Positions 47,863 to 59,837 are shown, numbered from the whole stretch's first letter. The stretch is DNA of 62,692 nt, filler included, from Rhabdomonas costata (GCA_019059605.1; 44 parts of 44 records of this genome joined end to end with filler, not necessarily neighbours in it), one strand, 5' to 3'. Notes: a model not told the origin generated them from the sequence alone. Made by a program: numbers and translations.

Positions 47863-50505
47863 CCAGCAAAAAGGCGGAACACCGAGGGAACGCAAACAAC
47901 ACAAGAACAACCGGGGCCCGCCAGCGCAAAGAGAGAAAAAGAAAGAGGGAAAAAATGCCAGGTGCAGCTGTTTGCAAGTCGAAAAAAGTACTCTTGGAGC
48001 TCTTCGCAAAACGAATCTGCCAGGTCATATATAGCTCAGATACCACGGAAAGGGCTGCGGCAGAGACGCTTCTATATCGCTTTAGAGGCTATGAATGGGA
48101 CAATAAGGAAAACGATTGCAACCCCCAAAGATATCGCCAAATATTCCTTTCCCCCAAAACCCAGAACTTAATGCCTCGAGACCACGCATCCGACACTTTT
48201 GGTCTTCTGTACAGGTTGATGGGAAACGCTGTGACGTAAGGAACCCGCATCGGAGTTACCGTGAATCCGTGTGCACCACCTACTTACCAAAGACAGGGCG
48301 GAGGTCTCAACGCTAACCGCTAACCAGCACCCTTTTTTTTACTGTTTCAGGAAGCAAAGGAGCACAGACTTTTGGTACACGTGGCAGCGAAAAAATGATT
48401 ACAATCAGTACAACAAAAAANNNNNNNNNNNNNNNNNNNNNNNNNNNNNNNNNNNNNNNNNNNNTTAATTAATTAANNNNNNNNNNNNNNNNNNNNNNNN
48501 NNNNNNNNNNNNNNNNNNNNGTGGTGGGTTTCGCCTGCAGGAGCACACCTTTCAGGAGGGAGGAAGGGAGGGAGGAGGTAGGGAGGGGGGTGCCGAGGCC
48601 TTGTACAGCTTTGGTGCTTTGATGGTGCGCGCTTCTGTTGTTGCCCGTGTCTAAGCCAAATTTGAACAAGCAGCTCCCGGTGACCCTTCTCGTCCGCGGC
48701 TGCTGCTTGGCTTTCTCCTGCTGACTTGTACTGCTGCTCCTTTTGCTGATGTTGGTGAGCTTTGGATACTCTGCATTCACATGGGACGGGACGAAATGCA
48801 AAAAAAAGGTGCAGAGGGGTGGTGCGGAAGTCCCTTTCTTAAAACACCATTTTGTTTCAAATTACATGTAATCTGGCGTGTCTGTTTTTGAACTGGGACA
48901 GTTTTAAATCATCGTACACTGGTCTCTTCTGAGAGCGTTTCTTCTTTCTCAAAGTCTTCCAGATGGAGTCAGACAGACCGTGTTAGGCGGCAGCGGTTTC
49001 CTTCGTGAACAATAACTCCAAACCGCGAGAATAATTGATGCAGCATTTTCCTGCCTCTTTTGCAGCTTAAACACTGTTGTTTGTTTGTTTTGCATTTATG
49101 GAAATCGCATGAACTCCGCTACTTCGCCGCATAAAGGTGTGTGTGTGTGTGTCCAATGCCAACACCCATGCACAGCGCGTTTTACCTGTGTACGCATGGG
49201 CCCCTCTCTCTTTCTCTCGGTTGTTCACCGCCTCGGCGCCTTGTTCTTATTTCGCTACCAATTGTACGGTGTTGTTAAGTTGGTGAGACGTTCCTGTTGT
49301 TTGCATTAACTCATGCCTCTTGGCGGCATACAAGTGGGAGCTAGGAGATTGCAGCTTTTCCCCGTTCAGTTCAAGTTCATTGTTCAGCTTGGTGATAAGC
49401 GATTAAGGTTTCCAAACAGGTGTAGTGTGTGGGTGTGAGTTCAACCTGATCAGGCCTGACAGTATAGAGCGTGGTCTGAATGCCGCGTGCTGTTGCCTGT
49501 GGATCTGATGCTCAGCCTGAAAATTGCGAAACCCGATAATTGGCTTTCTTCTTCGCCAGCTTCCTTTATGATTGCTTGGCAACTAAAACTGACTTTGCAG
49601 GTCTTGTGCACATTACCTATTTGCAGGTTCACAACCCGACCGGTGCAATCCCAAAGGGCTTCATGATGGAAAGGAGGTGCGAGGCCGGGGCCCAGTCTCC
49701 TGGAGTCACGGCAAGTCTGCCCGCGTCTCTGTGATTTCCTCCTCCTCTTCCTGCTCGGTGTCGCCAGATCCCACTGTTGGGACTTCAAGAAGGCACCATG
49801 CTGCGGACGAATCACTCCCACTTTCTCGCGGTAAACACCACCCCCACNNNNNNNNNNNNNNNNNNNNNNNNNNNNNNNNNNNNNNNNNNNNTTAATTAAT
49901 TAANNNNNNNNNNNNNNNNNNNNNNNNNNNNNNNNNNNNNNNNNNNNTTGTGGTGTTTGCTGCAAGAACGATAATGGGACAATGCCCTTCTCATAGCCCA
50001 AGAGTTTGACAGCACCCAACCTCCTCTCCTCTAACCTTTAGAGGACACCCCCATTGCCCAGTGCTGTCCTTGTTAATTTTACCGTTTCTTCGTTTCTGTG
50101 TTTTACCCCTGCAGGTCCCAGCTGCTCTCTTCTTCATTTTCGATCGGCGTTCGTGCGTCCCTTCCCGCAAGTCGAATCACCTCTTCTTCTTCTGCGTGCT
50201 AGAATCCCCTCTCCCGGTTCACCACCTTCCTTGTTGCATTGTACGTAATTCAGCTCCTTTGGCTATTGATAGTTATCCATATCCAGGCCTGGATTGATTG
50301 GTCGACACAATTTGGGAACACGGGCGTGAAAGCCTATTTACCCTGAGTTAAGCAACATTTTGCTGCAGTTTGCAGCTAGAATGCTGTTGCGAGGTTCCGT
50401 ATCCTTCACAGCACTATTCAAAACAACCCCCAACAACGTCCATACCTCCCCCCAGCACTTGCCGGTTTCCCAACTCTTTCTGTGTTGTTCCACTCGCGCC
50501 CTGCA

Positions 50506-51274
50506 ATGCGCACCCTTCCGCTTTGGATATGCTTCGCCGTCGCCGTGCTGGCCTTCACCGGGGCCTTTACGGGGAGCCTGTGGAGCACCCTGAACCAGGC
50601 CGCGGTGTCCTCAGTGGACGAGCTTTCTGGGGTTTTCCGAACTGCTGTGATGCGGGACCTGGAGCACCGGCTGCTGAGCGTGCTGGACGGGATGCTGTTG
50701 ATGCTGAAGGACTGGCGTGCGTTTCCTGGGGTGGAGAACAGCACGGTGGACGATGTGTACCTGTTTACGTACCACGTGATGCGCGACACGCCTGCAGTTG
50801 CGGGAATGTTCTTCAGTCGTCCGGACGGCGAGGCGATGGGCTCGACTGCGTTGCCATCAGGAGGCATCGGTGTGGGCAGCCGGCCCGCTGCTGCATTGGG
50901 CGTTCGTCTTAACATGACTTCTTACAAATACAACGGGACCATGGGAAGTGCGTACCTCACCACCACAGGTTATGACGCCAGAGTGCGACCGTGGTACGTT
51001 TCAGCGGTGGAGGCAGGTCGCCCCGTGTTTACGTATCTGTACAACTCCGCCGTCACGACAATTGAAATGATCGCCCTGTCTACGGCGGTGTACAACTCCA
51101 GTAATGGTGTGGCTGCGGTGTTAGGCCTTGCGTGTCCATTTGCGCTGCTCACCAGTGAGCTTTCCGCGGCGCACCGGGACTTGCGAAGCTCCGGGATAAT
51201 GCTTCTTGTTGAGCAGCAGAGCGGAATGGCGATCGCAGCGACCTCAGCTAACCCTTCCTCCCTAAATGCGGACG
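50506..51274 (+). CDS. Membrane receptor with an N-terminal TM helix and a dCache_1 sensor domain (partial)
   Basis: TM helix WICFAVAVLAFTGAFTG, then MFFSRPDG, GYDARVRPWYVSAVEAGRPVFTYLY and STAVYNSSNGVAAVLG. Intronless over 256 codons. Confidence 0.88.
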
Positions 51275-52325
51275 NNNNNNNNNNNNNNNNNNNNNNNNNN
51301 NNNNNNNNNNNNNNNNNNTTAATTAATTAANNNNNNNNNNNNNNNNNNNNNNNNNNNNNNNNNNNNNNNNNNNNGGTTTGTGGGAAGAGTGCTGTATAGG
51401 GCCGCGGTGCGGCGCTTTAACACCACGTGGTCGCATGTTGCTTGGTTGGCGTTTTTGTGGTGTATTCTAATGTGTGTCATGGGGCCGCGCGATTTTTGCC
51501 CTTACGATTGGCTTTTGCCTTCTGCTGGGCGAAAATCCTCGGCAATATCTCACATGCCCTCATTGCGTGCTTCTTTTACACACACGCTCCCCACCCCCTC
51601 CCTGGAACAACCGCATCCCTCAGTCGTATCGGTTCGAAATTGATTGTGCACTGACTCGGAGGCGTCGTGCGCAGTGCTGTTCAGTACAGTTCTGCAACCC
51701 TTCATGCCTCTCCTCTCTGGGTGACTTCATGCTTTCTGATGTTTCATGCATCGCTAGAGGAGCGCCAAGCAACATGTCATTTTTGCATTTTTCTGCCCTT
51801 TTTTATAGTGGCGCTGCCCCCAGTGGAACGGCAGGATTTGTGCAGTGACGCAGATTTCTACGGAGAAAGGCCATTTTAGGTGGTGGCTTCATTGTCGGCA
51901 CCCCGCACCCGAACGTGCCTGCGTATTGATTTTGAGTTCTAGTTGCTCCGAGTCCCACAGGAGGATGGATGAGCATCGGCACTGTGTCTAGTGAGTTTGC
52001 AGATGCCGTGATTTGGTGATGACCGATTAGGCTGCGTTTCACCTTGACGGGAACTGCAGAGTTTGGAAATTGGAGATGCCACTGTTGAACTGTGGGAAGG
52101 ATCCCTTTCTGATGGTCTGGTGTGGGGTCAGTGCTTGTGGTATGATTTGACCTTTCTTCTTTGAAGAAGGTCGTCAATATGTGGGGTTAAAGCAACTCGA
52201 TATCACGATATCTTTTGGCCACCCTACATTACTGGGCGTACCACCGAGTGGCATCAGCAGGAGGGAGCCTCGCTCATACTGCCCACCGTGTGCTTGATAC
52301 AATGATGGGATCTCAAAGGGACAAC

Positions 52326-52476
52326 GACTTTTTCGTCTGAGGGAACTTCAAAAACCTTGTGTGTGCATCCCCAGTGCGCTTCATTCGACAGCTGAAGCAG
52401 AAGATCCGGAGGGTGATCAGAGCGATCCCCGCCGCTACGCTTCACCGTGCCTTCAATACACTGATACACTGCTTCG
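52326..52476 (+). mobile_element. Remnant of a Tc1/mariner-superfamily transposase C-terminus
   Basis: DFFV*GNFKNLVCASPVRFIRQLKQKIRRVIRAIPAATLHRAF resembles DFFLWGYLK..VY...P.TI.ELK..I...I.AIP...L.RAF. A TGA replaces the Trp codon. Confidence 0.7.
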
Positions 52477-54509
52477 TCGGTTCCGGCGATTGTTGTGTTT
52501 ACGAGGGGGTTATCTTGAAACAGAGCTCCATAGCGCCTGCGCTGCCTCATCACCTTGTTCAGTCCAACACTGCAGTTGTTTTTGTCGATATTGGGTCTGT
52601 CATAAAGCCAGCTGTGGTTCGACCAACGTTCAACAAAACTCCCAGCTCACTCCTACACAGCCTCGCTTAGACGCATTTAAGAAATTTCCTGCAAAAAAAC
52701 ANNNNNNNNNNNNNNNNNNNNNNNNNNNNNNNNNNNNNNNNNNNNTTAATTAATTAANNNNNNNNNNNNNNNNNNNNNNNNNNNNNNNNNNNNNNNNNNN
52801 NGGAAGCCGCAAGTCTCGCGCCAAAGCGCGGGCATCGAGAAAAGATCAAAGCCCACCACGGGGAGAACACACACAGAAGACGGAAAGACGAATCACTCCG
52901 GCACCTCATATGAATGCCCATCCGGCCGAAGCAGGTTTTCAGAGGGGCCGGAGAGACTGTTGCGCAACGCCCGGGAGCGCGTCCGGTGGAAGAACGCTGC
53001 CTGACTTTTTTTTCCACCTTTATGCTGCAACACCTTCGGTGTAATTCTTGTCTATTATTATTTGCTACCTTCGTGCGCATTGAGAGACTGAGAGAGTGGA
53101 TCTCTCAGTGCGCATCGTCACCGACATGATGATACCAATTCGATCATTATCAGCAGCCACAGCCTGAGATTATTAACGGGTGCAATCCATCTCAAAATTC
53201 GAAGAAAGCGAGCAATCACCTCAACAGCAACCAGCCAAAAAAGTTGAGGGACCGCATCGTGCGCGTCACTCTCCAAGACGGCAAAATTAACGGCAGGGAA
53301 GTGAAAACCAAACGAAAAGGAAAGAGGGAAGGCGAGGGGAGAGCCACCAGAAAGAATGCGGTGGAGGGAGGAGGGGTTGTCTCTGGTACGGCGCGGAGCC
53401 GCTTTTAGCGTAACGCCCCGCCGCGCACGGACAAAGCATGCAACAGCTACACAATTTTGACTCCAATTTCCTTTTTCACAATCCATGCAGAGAGGGCAGC
53501 GACAACGAGGACCACAAACAGTGCTTGGGAGAGCTCTAACTGAGGTGCTGGTAGTGGATGCCGGCAGGAGATCAGCGAAAGAGAGAAAAGGGAGGGGAGG
53601 TCACTGGACGTCAGTCCCCCAAAGAAGGAACTTGGAGAAGAGAGAATGCACGAGGGTAGAGCCCAATGAACGCATGAAAAGTGGAATCAAGCAAGGGCAG
53701 GACCTCGGTATCAAGAACATCTCAACCCTCCCTCCCTGCCTCCCTCCACAGGAGACCAGCACATGCTAAGGATGATAAAAGGACGTCGCATATACACACT
53801 CACAAACTCAATGGCGCGCGAAGTTGGAGAAGCAGTCCAGTCACCGCTGGGCGCGTGTACCCGCACCTCGCCGATGTGGGTGTCCGGTCAGGATTCTTTC
53901 GAATTCCAATATCGGTGCTTCGCAAAGACTCCGCAGTGGATCCCCAGCACACGAGGGGGCACATAGCCAGGGGAACCTCCTGAACAATGGCGGAATCATG
54001 GCTTGCCTCCTCGCGGTCTTGTTCGGAGAAGGACCCATGAACTCTATCTCAAACAGAGGCAGTGAGAGGAACAGAATGGAGATGAATGGGCACCCACACG
54101 CGGCCAACACAAGCACGATCCCACAACCNNNNNNNNNNNNNNNNNNNNNNNNNNNNNNNNNNNNNNNNNNNNTTAATTAATTAANNNNNNNNNNNNNNNN
54201 NNNNNNNNNNNNNNNNNNNNNNNNNNNNGGTTTTGGTGCGTCCGTCAGGAAAGTGGAGGTATTGAGTTGTGTGGGGTGACTGGTGGGTAGACTGGGCGGA
54301 TTTAACCCGCTTCCGCCCAAGTTAGCGGTGGGCACTTCTTCATTCCTGAGAGAGCCACCTTGCACCTGACGTGTGCTAGAGTCCTTTCTTGGCAGCCGCG
54401 GGTCCCTGTGCATGTGTCCGTCCTTTTTGTCTGGAGTGTGGGCGTTGTTCAGAATGCTAGTTTCGAGGGGTCGGGGTTTTCTTCTGAATACGGCGGTGTT
54501 GGTTTTCAG

Positions 54510-55082
54510 ATAAGGACGCTTAAGGAGGAAGGCAACAAGGCCTACCAGGCTGGGGACTACTCCACGGCGATTGCGCGGTACTCCAAGGCGCTCGAGCTGG
54601 ATCCCACACACCACGTTCTGCTGTGCAACCGCTCGGCGGGCAACCACAAACTGAAGGATTATGTGAATGCCCTGAAGGTGGATTCCTTTTGCCGAGGCCC
54701 TTGAATCCCCAGCTTGCGGTGCCTTCGGTGCTTCCCGTTCTTGAATTGTGGCCCAATACACAGTTCGCATGTTTCACGAAAGTTGTCAGACAACGGAACA
54801 AAGGGGCTAACCTAATGCTATCAGTACCAGTGGTGGCCTGCGCTGCGCGTTGTGCATGTGCACCAAATTTCGTTGGCTTTTGGGGAAGTATGTGCATGCT
54901 TGTAGGACGCTGAGCAGTGCGTGAAGCTGAAGTCCGACTATGCGAAGGGGTACTCACAAAAGGCGGCCGCACTGCTGAAGCTCGGGAAGAGGCAAGAGGC
55001 CATGCAGACGTACCGCATGGGCCTGAGTGTGGACCCAAACTGTGACTCAATGAAGTCTGCGCTCCAGAGACTCGAAGCTGGG
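54510..55082 (+). CDS. STI1/HOP TPR1-like co-chaperone domain, 2 exons
   Basis: Exons 54510-54677 and 54906-55082 give LKEEGNKAYQAGDYSTAIARYSKALELDPTHHVLLCNRSA..|DAEQCVKLKSDYAKGYSQKAAAL...GLSVDPN. Confidence 0.88.
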
Positions 55083-55796
55083 GTGCGCCCTTGCCACCTC
55101 TCTTCTTTCACCTCCTACCTGAAAAAGGATGTCTGGGGGCGTGCAGACATAAAGAACTACTGTCGCATTTTGCAGCATGTACAAGAGGGGAGTTTGAAAT
55201 TTTTGCCGACCCCCCCCCCCACACACACAAAGCAGGCGCAGACCAGCGGCGCGGTGGCCGAAGCGGGGTGGTGGTGGGGATTGATGCGTACTTGTGTCCG
55301 AACCATTTTTTGTTAGATTTCCATCATAACCATTGCTGCTTGTTGCCAAAAGAGTTTGTTAAGCGTTGCAAAACGTTGCAACCCCCCCCCCACACACACA
55401 CACAAGCGTTCTGTCCATCGGGGTTTCATTGGGTCTCAAAATGTGAGCCTGTCGTGTCTGTCGCCGTTAATGTGGTGCTTGAAGCTCTTGTGCGTTTGTC
55501 AGCAGAGCGCCATGCTGACCATATGCCACCCTCCAGCAAGTTCCTGCTGTTAAATNNNNNNNNNNNNNNNNNNNNNNNNNNNNNNNNNNNNNNNNNNNNT
55601 TAATTAATTAANNNNNNNNNNNNNNNNNNNNNNNNNNNNNNNNNNNNNNNNNNNNTGTGGTGGGTGTGGGTGGGTTTTTGGGTCAAAAAATAAAAATTTT
55701 TAGTATCATCATTAAGATATTAAAAATATATTTTTATACAGTTAGTTCAAATTTTATTTATTTCCATTGATCCAATAAAATTTTTAATAAGTCATT

Positions 55797-55827
55797 AAAT
55801 TTTTATTAAATATTTTAATAAAAATTT
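55797..55827 (-). terminator. Perfect AT-only palindrome (14-bp stem, 3-nt loop) abutting the stop codon; Mimivirus-type 3'-end hairpin candidate
   Basis: AAATTTTTATTAAA-TAT-TTTAATAAAAATTT lies immediately 3' of the TGA at 55830-55828. Confidence 0.6.
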
Positions 55828-56670
55828 TCAACATAAACATCTTGACCACAACATTTTATCATATTGTATTTTTGAACCATTTGATAAATATATCGTAAAA
55901 CCTAAATCATGTATTTTTTTGAATCGTTTTTTTATTTTATTTTTATATATAAAACAATCATCAAAAACACCATCAACATAAATTTTATTACAACATGCTG
56001 TTATTTTACAAGGATATAAACAAGTTGTTTTTTTCTCATGAATATTTTTTATAATTTCTGCACTATTTTTTAGTGAATAAAATGATACAACATGAACTGA
56101 ATTATTTTTTATACAATTGTAGATCAACGAATTACAACAAAAATCACATATGTTATTATGATGATTAAATTTAAAATCAATTTGTGTATAACAATATTTT
56201 ATTTTTACAATACAACGTATTATAAAAGTTGCATATGATCCGTTTTTTGTTATACTTATCCATTTTGGTTTAAATAAATTTTTTAAATATAATTCTATAA
56301 ATAACAATACATTGTTATTTGATTTATTTTTTACTAAATCTTTGTAAAATGTCTGTAATATACTATCTTGAGGAATAATCACATCAATATCATTAGGTAT
56401 TTTTTTCAATATTTTATCTCTCCAAAAACCACCGAAAATTTTAAAGTTATTATCTAGTAATAATGTTTCACAGATTTTCAATTCATTTAATTTATCTCTT
56501 CTTTGTTGTTTTGAAAGTAAATTCATAAACAATGCACTTTTTACAGATACACCAAAAACATACACATAAAATTTTGAATTTGTTTGAGTTAATGTTAAAA
56601 GTGAACGAACATCCAAATATTCAATTATTTCACCGACTAATTCATAAACCAATAAAAGTAAATTAACCAT
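55828..56670 (-). CDS. F-box + class II nucleotidyltransferase-fold protein (giant-virus-like), 280 aa
   Basis: F-box-like LLLLVYELVGEIIEYLDVRSLLTLTQTNSKFY, then IFGGFWRDKILKKIPNDIDV (GG..RD..DxD) and DFCCNSL (cf. DFTINAL). Intronless and very AT-rich. Confidence 0.8.
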   Translation of the reverse strand: MVNLLLLVYELVGEIIEYLDVRSLLTLTQTNSKFYVYVFGVSVKSALFMNLLSKQQRRDKLNELKICETLLLDNNFKIFGGFWRDKILKKIPNDIDVIIPQDSILQTFYKDLVKNKSNNNVLLFIELYLKNLFKPKWISITKNGSYATFIIRCIVKIKYCYTQIDFKFNHHNNICDFCCNSLIYNCIKNNSVHVVSFYSLKNSAEIIKNIHEKKTTCLYPCKITACCNKIYVDGVFDDCFIYKNKIKKRFKKIHDLGFTIYLSNGSKIQYDKMLWSRCLC

Positions 56671-56767
56671 TTAATGTATCAATATATGTAAATTCTTTTT
56701 ATCATTTATTGATGTATATCAATAATTAAATTTAATTATACAAGGAAAAATATCTTATTGTTTATAT

Positions 56768-56982
56768 ATGATTGAATGTGATAAATTTTATGCTTTTAGT
56801 GATATTGAAGGTTCTTTTGTATTTCGTGATATAGATACTAATGATAAAGTACGTGTTCTCGACAGATTATCTAGTATAGAAAAAAAATCTCCACCTAAAA
56901 TATTTAGTAATCATGGATTTGATAAATTATTAGAATTAAGTGATCTATCACATATTGGTGTTGAGTTAAGTTCTGAACTAAA
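56768..56982 (+). CDS. Divergent AT-rich ORF, possible metallophosphoesterase N-terminus (partial)
   Basis: MIECDKFYAFSDIEG resembles the first SD(I/L)(H/E)G motif. The ORF is truncated by the contig end. Confidence 0.5.
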
Positions 56983-57089
56983 NNNNNNNNNNNNNNNNNN
57001 NNNNNNNNNNNNNNNNNNNNNNNNNNTTAATTAATTAANNNNNNNNNNNNNNNNNNNNNNNNNNNNNNNNNNNNNNNNNNNNGTGGTTT

Positions 57090-57898
57090 GTTCGCTCCCT
57101 CCGCTGCCCCGCCTCCGCCTCCTCGACGGCCCGCCGGTGCTGCTCCGCAGCCAACTCGGCCTGCTTGCGCTGCTCCTGCCCCCCAGACACCCACAAAAAG
57201 AGCAACCACCCCAACGAACCGTCCTTCGGTGGCCACGGAAGCCCGCTGAGTGTTCAAGGTCCGTGAGAACGGTAATGTAATAGTGCACACAAGGAGAACC
57301 AGGTTACCATAGAACAGTCAAACATGGAAGCAGGGGAAATAACACAGTACAATAGGCAAAAAAAAAGTGCAAGCAGCAGAAAATTAGTGAGGTCCGCCAA
57401 CGATGGGCAAAGTTGAGCGAAGGATATGGTAGGGAGGGGTGGCAGATAGTGATAACGACCAAAGTTGCACCATTGGCGGGTTTTGTCAGTTGAGTTGTCA
57501 TTCTTACGGTTGTCGAACTGTTGTGGTTGTCTTTTTCTGCCCCAGAGCGATTGAAAAGGACCGTTAACCGTATATGTGCAAGACCACTTCAGTGCCTTTT
57601 TTGTTCCCTCCCGCAGCCCTCCGGCAATCTTTGCTCTTTGTTTCGCCTTGGGTGAGACGAAAGAGCAACCACCACAGAAAAAACAACAAAACACTCTACA
57701 ACAGCGGCTCCCAACAACAAGTTTTCATGTCTTGCTGGCTTAGGTTTTCTCATAGCACGGACCTCTTCGGCCTTCATCTTCTCTGCCAGGCGTTGCTTCT
57801 CCAGTGCGCGTCTTCGGACTTCCACGCGGGCCCTGTCTTCCTCGCAGACCTCAGAAAATGCTGTAAACCCCGCAGACTCGCCGTCGCAGATGATCGTC
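57090..57898 (-). CDS. Coiled-coil protein, 2 exons
   Basis: Exons 57898-57763 (..EEDRARVEVRRRALEKQRLAEKMKAEE) and from 57175 (EQRKQAELAAEQHRR..) join in phase 0. Confidence 0.55.
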
Positions 57899-58509
57899 CT
57901 GCCCAAAATGGAGTTGGGTCAACATTTTTCACTCCCCTCCCAAGAGACCAAGCAAAGGGCTGCACTTCGTAAATCAGTTAATACACCGAATGTTTTGCTT
58001 TTTGATGCCCGGCATTCTTCCACTCTGGAGATGGACCCACCCGCACGGCCTGGCTTCTCCGCCCCCGGTGGTGCTGGCGATGTGCTGGTGCTATCACTGG
58101 CACTTCGGATGTGAAACCGATATGGCATGTTCATGAACGGAAAAACTTGAAGTTGGCCTCATTTGGACACGCCGTTGAGGTATTATTAATGGATTGGATA
58201 AATAAGGGTTCAACTCCTGTTGTTTTTGAGAAGAAGAATGACGGTTCACAATAAAAATGGTTCAAGGAGACCAGTGCAAGAAAATTTCCATTCATCTTCT
58301 CAGTTAATTTTCTAACCGTGTTGATGAGTTGGTGCACTGGGTGACCGAACACAGCATGTACGGTTTCCTCCAGCAGAACGACAACCTCAGCAGGACGTTA
58401 CACCCCACCNNNNNNNNNNNNNNNNNNNNNNNNNNNNNNNNNNNNNNNNNNNNTTAATTAATTAANNNNNNNNNNNNNNNNNNNNNNNNNNNNNNNNNNN
58501 NNNNNNNNN

Positions 58510-59837
58510 ACATAGACGTCATGGTGTACTGGAAGGACCCGGAGCTGGTGGATTTTCAGGAAATTCTGGATGCCACTGGGGTAAACCTGCTGAAAGTCAG
58601 CGGAAGTTATGTCCCGGAGCTTGTTTTCGACACGGTCATGCCCCACGTGGTATGGTATCCGACTCTGATCTTCCCAACGATCAGGCAGATCTCAAAGGTA
58701 GGGCTGTTTCTTTTCGAAGTGCGGTTTCAGGTGGTCAAAGCGCATCATCATGCGCGTGAGGGAAACCCGGGGTGGGGGGGTTGATGTTTAGGACTTTGCG
58801 GACCGATTGCGACAACAAAAGTTGAGGGGCGGAAGCCCGCCAGCCCGCGGCAGGTCAGGAGCGGACGGATGAGGCGAAGACGTGCCATTGGGGGGGGGGG
58901 ACGGCTTGCGTAAGTGTTGCTTTTTGTTGTATAAAGGTGTTAAACGTTTGACCCCGTTAAACACCAAAATCTTTTCGGTTATTGTTTTTCAAAAAGTTAT
59001 TTTCCGAGCACTGGGTTTTGGTGAAGTGTGCCTGTACTTACTCGATGCTTGGCCTTCAGCGTAGGCTCCAAGGGCAAAAAGAGACGCGGTGTTCCTCAAG
59101 CTGCTCCGTCTAACCAACCGTCCACACTGGCACAATGCTGCCTGCACTGTACAGCCGGCTCGACTTGTGGTGCCCTCAAGGGTCCAGAGCCTTTGGTTAG
59201 CCGAGAGAAAAATGAGGCCTTCAGTGGAACGCCCAATATATTCCTTTGATTCAACTTAAAGCAAGGTCGATGTGGCAGCCCCTCTTTCACGTGTTGGGAA
59301 TAGAGGGCACAACCCCGGGAGGTATACTGTGAAAGTGATGGACTTGCTTTGGTTCCTCATGCCCTAGTTTCGGTTCGAGCCGTCACTTTACTTATGCCCC
59401 CCCCCAAAAAAAGAACCATTTTCGGTGGAAAAAACACTCCTAATAATGAAGCTACGGTACCGCATGCATGTTGATTGGACGTGATACATAAACAAATGGC
59501 AGGTCCATGAAAACACCCCGAGGCTCGAAATTGTAAACCCGCTCCACTTCCTCTTCCCGACCCTGGCCCCTGGAAAGAAACACACGTACCCTTTCTTCTG
59601 CTGCTGCAACACCTTAGGCGGACGAGACCACAGCCGGAGTGAACGAATTCGTTCGGCTCACTCTATTTCTTCCCTCTGCGCTGGAGCCGGCAGACCATGT
59701 TTTCACTTTGTACCGTCACGTCGTTGGTACAACCTCGTGCGCGATGGACTTCCACCGCTTCCCCTTCGACACCCAAAACTGCGCCGTCCCTGTGGTGGTG
59801 TGGGAAAAAGGCCTCCCCGTCAGCTCCACCACCACCC
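58510..59837 (+). CDS. Pentameric ligand-gated ion channel extracellular domain with a Cys-loop, 2 exons (partial)
   Basis: Exon 58510-58697 (VYWKDPEL..VWYPTLIFP) and exon 59618-59837 (..GTTSCAMDFHRFPFDTQNCAVP) join through a phase-0 GT-AG intron. C-x13-C lies at 59738-59782. Confidence 0.9.

Noticed and set aside
32009-52340. Stop-codon reassignment suggested by TGA at Trp positions
   Set aside because: Seen only in decayed elements. Intact genes use TGG for Trp and end in normal stops.
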